Notes: a model not told the origin generated them from the sequence alone. 64,000 bases of DNA from Candidatus Brockarchaeota archaeon (GCA_017601145.1 JAFNIV010000002.1:23926-87925), one strand, 5' to 3'; positions 18,650 to 28,951 are shown, counted from the stretch's first letter. Numbers and translations: made by a program.

Positions 18650-19960
18650 ATGACTCAAAGAGTAATCATAATGGGTGCTGCAGGGAGGGACTTTCATAAC
18701 TTTAATGTTTACTTTAAAAACAATCCAAACTATAAGGTAGTTGCTTTCACAGCAACTCAAATTCCAAACATCGAAAATAGAAAATATCCCCCTGAGCTAG
18801 CTGGACCATTATATCCTAATGGAATAAATATATATCCAGAATCAGAGTTAGTGGAATTAATAAAGAAAGAGAATGTTGACCTAGTTTGTTTCTCTTATTC
18901 AGATGTTTCTCATGAATACGTTATGCATAAAGCTTCAGAAATACAAGCTGCCGGAGCTTCTTTCCTTCTTCTTGGTCCAAAAGATACGATGCTGCAATCA
19001 AAAAAGCCAGTTATTTCTATCGTAGCTTCAAGAACAGGTTCTGGAAAGAGTCCAACAACTAGGAAGGTGTCAAAAATACTAAAGCAAATGGGTAAAAGAG
19101 TAGTTGTTGTTAGACATCCAATGCCATATGGTGACTTGAGGTTGCAAGTGGTTCAGAGATTTGAAAGTATAGACGATCTTAATAGATACAATTGTACAAT
19201 AGAAGAAAGAGAAGAGTATGAGCCTCATATCGAGAATGGAAATATAGTTTATTCTGGTGTTGATTATAAAAAGATTTTAAGAGAAGCTGAGAAAGAAGCT
19301 GATGTAATTTTATGGGATGGTGGAAACAATGATTTTCCTTTTTTCAAGTCTGATCTCATTATTACTGTTGTTGATCCTCTTAGACCTGGACATGAAGTCA
19401 TGTACTATCCTGGAGAAACAAACGTTAGGATGGCTGATGTCATAGTAATAAGTAAAGTTAGTTCTGCTCCTAAAGAGAACGTAGAAAAAGTTAAAAATAA
19501 TGTGAAGAAGTTGAATCCTAAAGCTGAGATAATAGAAGCTGAGCTTAAACTTCTAGTTGATGAACCGGAACTAATTCGTGGTAAAGTTGCAATTGCTGTA
19601 GATGATGGACCAACTTTAACACATGGTGAACTTGAATATGGAGCAGGTTATATTGCTGCCTTGAGTAATGGTTCTATTAAAATCTTAGATCCTACTCCTT
19701 ATGCGGTAGGCGAAGTAAAAAGCCTAATAGAAAACTATAAGCACCATCTAAAGTCAATGCCAGCTGTAGGCTATAGTAAAGAACAAATAAAAGACTTAGA
19801 AATTTCTTTAAATTCATCTCCTGCTGAAGTAGTTGTAAGTGGAACACCAGTAAATATAAAAAGATTACTAAAACTGAATAAGCCCTTAGTTCAAGTTAAG
19901 TATGAGCTGCAAGAAATTAAAGGATCATTAGAAGATGAGATTAAAAAAAGAATAAAATAG
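18650..19960 (+). CDS. cyclic 2,3-diphosphoglycerate synthetase-like protein
   Basis: N-terminus RVIIMGAAGRDFHNFN...YKVVAF resembles the cDPG synthetase family; the ORF track starts at GTG 18644, and ATG 18650 is more likely. Confidence 0.55.
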   Translation: MTQRVIIMGAAGRDFHNFNVYFKNNPNYKVVAFTATQIPNIENRKYPPELAGPLYPNGINIYPESELVELIKKENVDLVCFSYSDVSHEYVMHKASEIQAAGASFLLLGPKDTMLQSKKPVISIVASRTGSGKSPTTRKVSKILKQMGKRVVVVRHPMPYGDLRLQVVQRFESIDDLNRYNCTIEEREEYEPHIENGNIVYSGVDYKKILREAEKEADVILWDGGNNDFPFFKSDLIITVVDPLRPGHEVMYYPGETNVRMADVIVISKVSSAPKENVEKVKNNVKKLNPKAEIIEAELKLLVDEPELIRGKVAIAVDDGPTLTHGELEYGAGYIAALSNGSIKILDPTPYAVGEVKSLIENYKHHLKSMPAVGYSKEQIKDLEISLNSSPAEVVVSGTPVNIKRLLKLNKPLVQVKYELQEIKGSLEDEIKKRIK

Positions 19961-20299
19961 TCTCTTCAAAGAAATTCATGTTTCTTATATGCAGTGTGCA
20001 AAGTTTTGTATTTTTAGCTCCTTCAATGGAAAAGGTAAACATTTTTTGGTTTGGAGGCAACATCTTACTTAAACTCGGAAATAGTTAAAGTTCAAACTTT
20101 GAAAGCCTAATTTCATAATCGAAGAAAAACAAAGAATATTTAGTAGAGACTAAAGCAATAAATTAGAATCCCTAATAAGCCTGTTTTATAGCTATTAGGA
20201 AAACAAAAAGACAAAAATTTTTAGACTAAAATCATAATATACTAAGTTAAGGATTCTTAGCTTAACATTTATAAACTTAAAAAATAAAGGCAATAAACT

Positions 20300-21223
20300 A
20301 TGAAAAAGGATCTTCTTTCTGTTCTGGATCTAAATCCAGAAGAGCTTAAAAAAATTTTCGAACTGGCAAAGGTACTCAAAGATGAAACTAAACTAAAAAA
20401 GAAAGTAAGAGAAGATCTTAAGGGGAAAACTTTAGCTCTCTTGTTCGAAAAGCCCTCCACTCGAACAAGAGTTTCATTCGAAGTTGCTATGTATTTATTA
20501 GGTGGAAATTCTCTTTACTTAAGTGCAAACGAACTCCAACTTTCACGTGGTGAGACCATTGGAGATACAGCAAAAGTTCTTTCTAGATATGTTGATGCTA
20601 TTGCAGCAAGGGTTTTTTCCCATGATAGTTTAGTTGAATTGGCTAAAAATTCCTCAATTCCTGTAATTAATGCTCTTTCCAACTTAGAACATCCTTGTCA
20701 AGCTATTTCAGATATGTTTACGATCCAAGAAATAAAAGGAAAAACTACAGGATTGAAGATTGCCTATGTTGGGGATGGTAACAATGTTGCAAATTCTTTA
20801 ATGTTGGCTGGAAGCATGCTTGGAATGGAAGTTGCTCTTTGCACACCTGTTGGATACGAACCAAACAAAGAGTTGTTAAAGAAAGCACTAGAGATTGCTG
20901 ATAATCAGGGAGGAAAACTTTTGATTTTGCACGATCCATTGGAAGCAGTAAGAGAAGCTGATGTCATTTATACTGATGTTTGGGTCTCAATGGGCTTTGA
21001 AAGAGAAAGAGAAGAGCGAAGAAGAATTTTTTCTAATTATCAAGTGAACTCATATCTTTTGGGAAAAGCAAAAGAGGATGCTATATTTATGCATTGCTTG
21101 CCTGCTCATAGAAATGAGGAAGTTACAGATGATGTTATAGATGGTCCTCATTCTGTAGTTTTTCAGCAATCTGAAAATAAACTTTATGTTCAAGAAGCAA
21201 TTTTAAAACTCTTAATACCATAA
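20300..21223 (+). CDS. argF: ornithine carbamoyltransferase
   Basis: STRTRVSFE carbamoyl-phosphate motif and HCLPA ornithine-binding motif (HCLP rather than the HPLP of ATCase). Confidence 0.85.
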   Translation: MKKDLLSVLDLNPEELKKIFELAKVLKDETKLKKKVREDLKGKTLALLFEKPSTRTRVSFEVAMYLLGGNSLYLSANELQLSRGETIGDTAKVLSRYVDAIAARVFSHDSLVELAKNSSIPVINALSNLEHPCQAISDMFTIQEIKGKTTGLKIAYVGDGNNVANSLMLAGSMLGMEVALCTPVGYEPNKELLKKALEIADNQGGKLLILHDPLEAVREADVIYTDVWVSMGFEREREERRRIFSNYQVNSYLLGKAKEDAIFMHCLPAHRNEEVTDDVIDGPHSVVFQQSENKLYVQEAILKLLIP

Positions 21224-21293
21224 AATTGCTTGTATTTTTTAGAAATGTTTAAATAAGACATTCACTGTTTTAATTGTCTTAAGTGCTATTTTT

Positions 21294-23465
21294 ATGAAAA
21301 TACGTTACTCAACTAATATACTTTTAAAGAACTTAGCCTTTTTTCTAATTTCTTTGTCCTTATTTACTGAATTAGTATCAGCTGAAAGTTCAATACACCT
21401 AAGAGGAGTAATTTCTTATAATGTTAACATAGATCCTGTAAAACTTACTCAGGATGAATCCTTAGTCTATACACTCTACATAAGCAACCAAGAAAGCAGT
21501 GCTTCCATTTTAATGGTTAAAATTGTTTTGAAAAATGTTGTTCCAGATTCAATAAAAATCAGTGAAGGTAATGCAAGTATTGTTAACATTAGAACCTACG
21601 GTAATTTAACTATAGTTGATTTAATGGTAAGTGCACCAAGTGGAGATAGCACCATAGAAATTAAAGCTAAGCCAACAGTACCCCCCATAGGAGTTAATTG
21701 TGCCTTATTAGTTAATTCAAGAATCCCAAAGCTAAGTTACTTTAAAAACTATGAGTTTCTGAGCCTTAATGTTAACGATTCAATAGGTTGGAACATTACA
21801 ATAACCAACAATGAAGCTTCTAATAGTTACTTAAGCAACCTTAAAATTCCTGTACTTTTTTCAGCTGAACTCAATAGTCAGTTTTTAGAAGTTAAAGATA
21901 TAACTCCGCAACCAAACTCTTCAACGTCAGAAGGTACTTATAGTTGGACTCTAATTGTAAGCAATACTACTACAATAAGTATTAATGCAAGAGTAAAAAA
22001 CTTTAGTGATTGGGGTACAATCAGCTTATCTCCGTATACTCTTTCTTATTCGTCATATCAACTTGATAAAGCTAAGGATGCCCTATTAAATGCTAATAAA
22101 AGCTTAAGCGATTATCTTAATTTCTTAAATAGTAGCTATTATTCGGTAAATAGTTCACTAAGTATTTTTACAGAATTCAAAAATAAGCTAGATTTCTTGG
22201 CTAATTCATTAAGTTTAGAAGGGGAAACTCTTCAACTAATAGGAAAAAATTTAACATCTGCAGCAAAGAATCTTGATAATACTATTCTGGACCTTGATGT
22301 GGTAATTTCTTCAGTAAGTACTGCAGCAAGTTTCTTAAGTACGCCTCAAGTTGGTTACTTCATAAGTGATTTACCAGAATTGTTGCAAGAAGCAAGAAAC
22401 AGCTTACAAAGCATTAGTTCTTCTCAAGCTTCAGACATTTTGCAGTTGCTAGAGTTAAACCAAACTTTAAGTTATGTCTATTACTACACTACAAATAGCT
22501 CGTTAAAGCAAAGCGTTCTAAATTCAATTAATATAGTAAATGGATTGATAAGAAATGCTAGACAAAGGCAAAGCATATTGAACAATACTCTAAACTTCTT
22601 ATCTCAGGTTAATGCTGAAGATTTGAAAAATACTCTAAGTACTGTTAGAAACCAAGTTCTAAAGTTAAGTTCTTCTCTTTCAAGTATGAAGAATAACATA
22701 CTTTCGTTTAAAAGTTCATTGGTGACGCTTGGCAATTCTTTAGTAAAAGCTGGCGAAATGAATATTGAACAAAGTAATATCATAAAAAACGCAACTAGAA
22801 ACCTTGAAGCTCAAATAAACACTACACAATCCCAATTGAATGAACTCATGAATAAAATTAATGATGTTGAAAAAAATCTAGAAAATGTAAGAAATGAGAT
22901 AAAAAGCTTAGATAATAAGCAAAAAGAACTGATTTATATTTCTCCTGAAATTTTAGATGAAAATTATATAGCTACAATAAATGGGGGCGGAAAAATATTT
23001 CAAGAGAACATAACAAGTGCTTTTAAAAAAGATTCTATATTTATTCAGTATTTAATACTCTATAACAATTCAGATAAACCTATAGTAATTCCAATTTTTA
23101 ACTTTGCTAAAGAAACTAAAGAAAGTCTCTTTGACCTTAATGGAGTTCCATTAAACATAACTCTGGGCTCCTCTAGCAGTTATGTTACTGTAATTGCCAG
23201 AGTAGGAGAAGTAAATGACTTGGAGGAAAATTATTTTGCTAATATAGTACAATACAATATAGCAAACGTAAACATTTCAAAAAATCAATTTAATTTTAAC
23301 CCTTCTAAAAAGCAAGAATCATTTACTAACTATCAATACTTGCTAGTTCCAATTTGTATAGTTGCTGGATTTGTTGTTGTAGCAATGTATTCCAAATCTT
23401 TAATCCAAAAATCCAAAAGAAGAAAAAAGTTAAATAAAATATTAAGTAGAATCAAGTTACCTTAA
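21294..23465 (+). CDS. large secreted Ser/Asn/Leu-rich surface protein with Sec signal peptide, very many N-x-S/T sequons and a C-terminal TM anchor
   Basis: N-terminal hydrophobic signal ...LFTELVSAES; more than 25 N-x-S/T sequons; heptad-like central region; C-terminal hydrophobic helix followed by KSKRRKK. Confidence 0.6.
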   Translation: MKIRYSTNILLKNLAFFLISLSLFTELVSAESSIHLRGVISYNVNIDPVKLTQDESLVYTLYISNQESSASILMVKIVLKNVVPDSIKISEGNASIVNIRTYGNLTIVDLMVSAPSGDSTIEIKAKPTVPPIGVNCALLVNSRIPKLSYFKNYEFLSLNVNDSIGWNITITNNEASNSYLSNLKIPVLFSAELNSQFLEVKDITPQPNSSTSEGTYSWTLIVSNTTTISINARVKNFSDWGTISLSPYTLSYSSYQLDKAKDALLNANKSLSDYLNFLNSSYYSVNSSLSIFTEFKNKLDFLANSLSLEGETLQLIGKNLTSAAKNLDNTILDLDVVISSVSTAASFLSTPQVGYFISDLPELLQEARNSLQSISSSQASDILQLLELNQTLSYVYYYTTNSSLKQSVLNSINIVNGLIRNARQRQSILNNTLNFLSQVNAEDLKNTLSTVRNQVLKLSSSLSSMKNNILSFKSSLVTLGNSLVKAGEMNIEQSNIIKNATRNLEAQINTTQSQLNELMNKINDVEKNLENVRNEIKSLDNKQKELIYISPEILDENYIATINGGGKIFQENITSAFKKDSIFIQYLILYNNSDKPIVIPIFNFAKETKESLFDLNGVPLNITLGSSSSYVTVIARVGEVNDLEENYFANIVQYNIANVNISKNQFNFNPSKKQESFTNYQYLLVPICIVAGFVVVAMYSKSLIQKSKRRKKLNKILSRIKLP

Positions 23466-23479
23466 AACAGTTAATTATC

Positions 23480-24367
23480 TTATAACCTAAGAGTCTCTCT
23501 TTTCTGCTCTATTTCTCGTATTTCGTTTTCCAATGTTTCCTCATCAATTTCTCCATCTATAAATCGTCGTTTTACAACTTCTTCTTCAAAGTCTATGATT
23601 GATTTATATATTTTTCCTTCGTCCTTATTCAAAAAATTTTCACTTTCTAAAACTTTCATCTTTAAGAAATCTTCTGGTGGCTTTTCATATATTATTCCAT
23701 CTCTAATGAATTTTATATTCTTTGTAAAAGTTGCAACCTCAGCATTATGTGTAACTATAACAAAAGTTTTCTTTGTTACTTCGTTAAGAAATCTTATTGT
23801 AGATAAAAATTTAGATGTGGACTCTAGATCAAGGTTTCCAGTTGGTTCATCAGCTAAAATCACTGCAGGATCGTTGGCTAAGGCTCTTGCTATCGCTACC
23901 ATTTGTTGTTGGCCACCAGAAAGTTGTCTCGGTGTGTTCTTAAACCTCTGTTCTGGTAATCCAACTAATGAAAGTAGTAACTTTGCTCTTATTTCTGCTT
24001 CCTTACTGTTGTACTTTCTTGAGAATAGCATTGGCAGAGCAACGTTCTCAACTGCTGTTAGATACGTTACTAAGTTGAAGAACTGAAATACAAATCCTAT
24101 CTTTTCTCTTCTAAATCTAGAGAGCTCACTTTCACTAAAGTTTGTGACATCAATAGAATCTATTTTTACTGCACCTTTGCTAGGTCTATCTAATGTTCCT
24201 ATTACATGAAGAAGTGTCGATTTACCTGAGCCAGAAGGCCCAACTATGGAAACTAAGTCTCCATAGTTTACCTTAATGTTTACGTTCCTTAGTGCATATA
24301 TTTTATAACTTCCCATTATGTAATACTTGTCTACGTTTATGCACTCTAGTGCGTATTTTTCATTCAT
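23480..24367 (-). CDS. ABC transporter ATP-binding protein (MacB/LolD-type)
   Basis: Walker A GPSGSGKST, signature LSGGQQQ, Walker B ILADEPT, plus a C-terminal coiled-coil tail. Confidence 0.85.
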   Translation of the reverse strand: MNEKYALECINVDKYYIMGSYKIYALRNVNIKVNYGDLVSIVGPSGSGKSTLLHVIGTLDRPSKGAVKIDSIDVTNFSESELSRFRREKIGFVFQFFNLVTYLTAVENVALPMLFSRKYNSKEAEIRAKLLLSLVGLPEQRFKNTPRQLSGGQQQMVAIARALANDPAVILADEPTGNLDLESTSKFLSTIRFLNEVTKKTFVIVTHNAEVATFTKNIKFIRDGIIYEKPPEDFLKMKVLESENFLNKDEGKIYKSIIDFEEEVVKRRFIDGEIDEETLENEIREIEQKRETLRL

Positions 24368-25520
24368 ATCTTAACGCCTCTATTGGCCTTACTTTACTAG
24401 CTTCATAAGAAGGCAATAAACTTGAAGTAAAGCTAACTAGTATGCTTACTATGAATCCTTTCATGTAGGATTGTGCATCAAATACGAACGGAAAACTCAA
24501 ACTTTTTATTATATAATTAGGCAAAATATAATCTACAAGACAATAGGCTCCAATATACCCTAGTATTCCTCCAAGAAAGCCGCCAAAAACTCCTAACATT
24601 ATTCCTTGCGAAGAAAATATAAACAATATATGCCATTGTTCTGCTCCAATTGACTTTAAAACTCCAATTTCTCTTCTTTTTTCTGTAACACTCATCGTTA
24701 TGGCATTCATTGTGCTAAGACCCGCAACTGTTAAACTAACCCCACTAATTGCTATCATAAGTGCATCTATAGTATCTAGAATGTTTGTCAAACCCTTTAA
24801 TAAGTCCCATTCTGTTAAAACTTTCGCTCTGGGGTTTATTGACTTTATTGCAGTTATAACATTGTCTGCAAAAGTAGTATCGTTGAGCCTTACGACAAAA
24901 TATGTAACGTAACCGTTCAAACTTAACAATTTTTGAGCTGTTTCAAGACCAACTACAATTACAGCCCCTTTGCCTGCTGCTAAACCTTGAAAGAATCCTC
25001 CTATTTCTGTAGTGCCTACAAGTTTTAAACTAACCCCTGATCTCTCTGTTTGTGTAATGACTTTTATAGTTCCATTAATTTTTACATTCATCTGTTGCGC
25101 GCTAATATCAGTTGTAAGGAACTCATAACTTGAGTCAGAAGTTGGGAGTCTACCTGTTGGCATAGGTACAAAAGAAGGAATCTCTGAAATTGGTACTCCC
25201 AACAAAAGTGCTCCCGATCCTTTAACTATGCATCCTCCAAGAATAATTGGTACAACTTCTTTCACTCCTGGTATTTTACTTATTTCTCCTCCTACGTAAA
25301 TTGGAATTGGTTCTACATCTTTATCTGAAAAAATTATTGCAGAACCTAATAAAGATTCTACATCCATCTTTACTCTTTCTTTCATTGAGGCAGTTAAGCT
25401 ACTCAGCATTATCATAAAAGCCACTCCTATTGTTATCCCGAGAAGTGTCAGTACTGTTCGTGCTTTCCTAGCTTTCATATCTCTAAATGCATACTTAAAC
25501 AAGTAAGTCGTAAGCCCCAT
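24360..25520 (-). CDS. ABC transporter permease, FtsX/MacB-like (4 TM with large extracytoplasmic loop)
   Basis: 386 aa; N-terminal TM, large loop, three C-terminal TM helices; overlaps the ATPase gene by 8 nt. Confidence 0.75.
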   Translation of the reverse strand: MGLTTYLFKYAFRDMKARKARTVLTLLGITIGVAFMIMLSSLTASMKERVKMDVESLLGSAIIFSDKDVEPIPIYVGGEISKIPGVKEVVPIILGGCIVKGSGALLLGVPISEIPSFVPMPTGRLPTSDSSYEFLTTDISAQQMNVKINGTIKVITQTERSGVSLKLVGTTEIGGFFQGLAAGKGAVIVVGLETAQKLLSLNGYVTYFVVRLNDTTFADNVITAIKSINPRAKVLTEWDLLKGLTNILDTIDALMIAISGVSLTVAGLSTMNAITMSVTEKRREIGVLKSIGAEQWHILFIFSSQGIMLGVFGGFLGGILGYIGAYCLVDYILPNYIIKSLSFPFVFDAQSYMKGFIVSILVSFTSSLLPSYEASKVRPIEALRYE

Positions 25521-25852
25521 CTAACTTCTTAATATTTTTTAGGATTGATTATTATTTAACTTTTTTGAGCAATAAACTCAACAAGAAAAGCTAAGATTCC
25601 AGTTTTTAAGATTAGTTATCAAAAGCTTAAAAGATGTTTAGGTAATATATTTTTCAACTTGTTTCTCATAATGTAGCTTGAGTACTGAAGCTAGTAAAGC
25701 TCAAAATTTAGGAGAAAGAGGTTGCAAGCTGCGATAAGCCTTGAAAATAGTGCTTTCGTAATAAAGCAACTATCTTTTTATAAAATTATAAGGTAAAATC
25801 TATAAGAGGTAAAAAGTATTTATACTTTTGATTCTCTTTTTATATAAAACTA

Positions 25853-26215
25853 ATGATCGTGTACTATTATACTTCAAAGAGCGAATATGACCAGATTATA
25901 AGAACAAAAGAATTTAGACCGTCTTATTTCTTAAAGGTTGTAGATGCTTCTTATGGTGAAGGCTGGTACTTTACTGATTTAAGCCCAACTACACCAAATG
26001 CTGTATTGTACAGTCACTTGTGGTATCAGCCTATGCCTAAGCTAGTTGAACGTTTTTTGGCATTTGATATAAACCCTAATTTCCTTCAAAACGTTCGCCC
26101 ACACGTTTACAGATTAAGTTTAAACGTTCTTCGAGAACCTGTGATAAGACTAAACATGGAGTACTTATTAGGAAATCAAGTTATAATTAAATTTATAATG
26201 GGTGGACAAAAATAA
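25853..26215 (+). CDS. orphan 120-aa protein with HYD1/ADP-ribosyltransferase-like motif
   Basis: VYYYTSKSEYDQI...FRPS...GEGWYFTDL resembles the YHYT...G.G.Y.TD core of HYD1-type predicted ARTs, with Tyr replacing the His; flanked by ~330-bp intergenic regions. Confidence 0.4.
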   Translation: MIVYYYTSKSEYDQIIRTKEFRPSYFLKVVDASYGEGWYFTDLSPTTPNAVLYSHLWYQPMPKLVERFLAFDINPNFLQNVRPHVYRLSLNVLREPVIRLNMEYLLGNQVIIKFIMGGQK

Positions 26216-26569
26216 CAACCCATTTTGTCTATTTTAAAGATAAGCTTAATAACTGAGCATAAACAATTCTAATATTTTATTTCCTTTTTTAACTAAACCT
26301 TTTTGTCAAAGTGAAAAACACCAAATTACTTCATGTCTTATGTTATAAGCGATTTTTGTGGTTAAGATACTTCTCTTAACTGATATACTTTTAAAGTTGC
26401 AGAAAGAGTATTAAACATTCAGCAATATACTTGAGCTATCCCAAAAATTTACGTAAAAACAAAATATGTTAAAAAAATCTAAAAGTATAGAAGAAAAATG
26501 TAGCTAAAAAATAAAAAAACCTCCTTAAGTTTTCTTTTCGGTTTTATCTGAAAATCTTCGTTTAGTTTT

Positions 26570-26773
26570 TTATGGTTTCTTCTCCGTTAATACTTTTTCT
26601 AGCTCAGCTATTCTGTCATTAACATACTTAAGCCTTAGTTCTAACTCTGATTTCACGTACTTTAGATGTTCCAGTTCTTCTTCAGGCGTTAGTGGATAGT
26701 AATGATGGTATTTCCATCTCCATCCTGGGTACCATCCCATATCTCTTTTCACCTCTGTACCATTGATACCCAT
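26570..26773 (-). CDS. small Gly/Trp-rich protein with C-terminal coiled coil (DUF5320-like architecture)
   Basis: 67 aa: MGINGTEVKRDMGWYPGWRWKYHHYYPLTPEEELEHLKYVKSELELRLKYVNDRIAELEKVL; T-tract terminator ~55 nt downstream on its strand. Confidence 0.4.
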   Translation of the reverse strand: MGINGTEVKRDMGWYPGWRWKYHHYYPLTPEEELEHLKYVKSELELRLKYVNDRIAELEKVLTEKKP

Positions 26774-26840
26774 AATCAGTATATAAATGTTTCTTTGATA
26801 CCTAAGTAACCTTTATAAGTATAAGCATAGCATTCATAAC

Positions 26841-27194
26841 ATGCCATTTCATCACCCTCGTTTCCACAGAGGCCCAATGCATAGCTGGATAATGCCTGTA
26901 GGAGGCTTGTTACCACTCATTGTTTTAAAAATACTTAGTAAAAATCCAATGCACGGTTATCAGATAGAAGAAGAACTTTCTAAACTAATTAATAGGGAAG
27001 TGCCTGAAGGCTTCATTTATGGTTTGTTGAAAAGGCTAGAATCCAAAGGATTAGTTACTTTTCAGTGGGAGACCCCTCAAAGTGGACCTGCAAGAAAGGT
27101 TTACAAACTGACTGAAGAAGGAGAAATCTACCTAAAAGAAAGAATAAAATCAATAGAATTGATAAAGCCTATAATCAATTATTTATTATCTTAA
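26841..27194 (+). CDS. PadR-family transcriptional regulator
   Basis: GGLLPLIVLKILSKNPMHGYQIEEEL...LLKRLESKGLV winged-helix PadR signature; His-rich N-terminal extension if translated from the first ATG. Confidence 0.75.
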   Translation: MPFHHPRFHRGPMHSWIMPVGGLLPLIVLKILSKNPMHGYQIEEELSKLINREVPEGFIYGLLKRLESKGLVTFQWETPQSGPARKVYKLTEEGEIYLKERIKSIELIKPIINYLLS

Positions 27195-27532
27195 GTTCAT
27201 TATTTATACTAAATCAAAAAGTTAACAATTTTCTTACTTAAGTTTTACAAGTAAAGTTTCTTGCGATGTGAGGATGTTTCTAATACTTCTTATTATGAAG
27301 TAGTTTTATAAAAAGTTTTCAATTTTATCTTACTTTTAGAATTTCTATCAATTTTTATAACTATTTTTGTTATTCGTATTAAATTTTTAGTAGACTAAAG
27401 CATTTAAATTAACTTAGCTCGATAAGTTTTAGCAAGATGAAGTAATTAGATTTATTGATAAGGTTAGGAAGTTCACGATTAATAAGTCCTAAACTGTTAT
27501 AATCAAAATTAAGCAAAAGTTACATAAAGTTT

Positions 27533-28774
27533 TTATTGCAGTTCGTTTATATTTTCCTTAATTTTTTCAAAAGCCGCAACTATGTCATCCATGTCTTCCC
27601 TGGAACCTAAAAGTATGTTTTGGCTAATCCAAAGTCCTTCTGAATAGCAAGCTTTCTCTGCTACAGGTAACTTTAACTTAGAATAGTCGACAGATTTACC
27701 ATAGTATGAGCAAGAAAGTGGGCATTTCTTAAAGTACTCAAGATATGGTTCCTTGTAAAGAGGCTTTGTGTACCCTACACTAACTGGAATGCCTTCAGCT
27801 TGAAGAGCTTTTGCTATTTTTTCTTTCGGCAATCCTCCAAATACTTCAGAGTTATACTTAAATATATAAAGGTGATAAGAACTTCTAGTAATTCTTTCAT
27901 CATCCTTAAGTACACTTATACCATCTATCCTCGCTAGTTTTCCATTTAAGTACTTTGCATTTTCCATTCTTTTCATTGTCTGCTCATCAATCCTCTTAAG
28001 CTGTACTAGAAGAACAGCTGCTTGAAATTCGGTCATACGGTAGTTGCCACCAGGAAGATAATGATCATACCATGCCCCTTCTGGTAATCTTCCACAATTA
28101 TGAAGGCTCCAAGCCTTTGTGTATAATTCTTCATCGTTAGTAACTATCATTCCTCCTTCTCCTGAAGTTATATTTTTACTTGATTGAAAACTAAAAGCTC
28201 CCATATTACCTATAGCTCCAACTCTTCTTCCTCTCCATTCAGAACCCCAAGCTTGGCAAGCATCCTCTATTATACATAAATTGTTCTTCTCAGCAATCTT
28301 TAGAAGTTCGTCCATGTTTGCTGGCCTTCCTCCAATATGTACAGGAAGGATCGCTTTTGTTTTTTCTGTAATTGCATCTTCAACTTTTCTTGGATCTATG
28401 TTGTAAGTGTCCGGCTCTATATCGACAAATACTGGTACCGCGTTAACATAAAGTATAGCAGTAGCTGTTGCCATAAAAGTATACGGCGTAGTTATTACTT
28501 CATCTCCGCATCCTATTCCACAAGCTCTAAGTGCAATCTCAAGTGCAGCAGTTCCATTAGTAACTGCAACTCCATATTTTGCATTTTGATAAGAAGAAAA
28601 TTTGTCTTCAAATTCTTTCTTCTTCCTTCCTCCTATTCCCCAAACACCACTTTCCAGTACTTCTTTTAGTGCGTTTAGTTCTTCTTCATCGAATATTGGC
28701 CATGAGGGAAATGGTTTCTCTCTTATTGGTTTTCCGCCGTTTACGGCTAGCTTTGCCATAATTTTTAAATTCAT
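27533..28774 (-). CDS. DegT/DnrJ/EryC1/StrS-family PLP-dependent sugar aminotransferase
   Basis: 413 aa; conserved family blocks including the active-site lysine region SFQSSKNITSGEGG. Confidence 0.85.
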   Translation of the reverse strand: MNLKIMAKLAVNGGKPIREKPFPSWPIFDEEELNALKEVLESGVWGIGGRKKKEFEDKFSSYQNAKYGVAVTNGTAALEIALRACGIGCGDEVITTPYTFMATATAILYVNAVPVFVDIEPDTYNIDPRKVEDAITEKTKAILPVHIGGRPANMDELLKIAEKNNLCIIEDACQAWGSEWRGRRVGAIGNMGAFSFQSSKNITSGEGGMIVTNDEELYTKAWSLHNCGRLPEGAWYDHYLPGGNYRMTEFQAAVLLVQLKRIDEQTMKRMENAKYLNGKLARIDGISVLKDDERITRSSYHLYIFKYNSEVFGGLPKEKIAKALQAEGIPVSVGYTKPLYKEPYLEYFKKCPLSCSYYGKSVDYSKLKLPVAEKACYSEGLWISQNILLGSREDMDDIVAAFEKIKENINELQ

Positions 28775-28951
28775 AGAGAAAATATATAAATTTTTAAATT
28801 TTGTTTGTCTTTTACTTTACTCGTGGGACTCTAAAACTCTGGATTCAAATACAAGCTCAGCTTTAATTTATTAAGTAAAATGATATAAGTTTAAGTAGTT
28901 GACGAACAAAAACAAATAAATACTCTTATACGCATACTATAGAGTGAAAAA

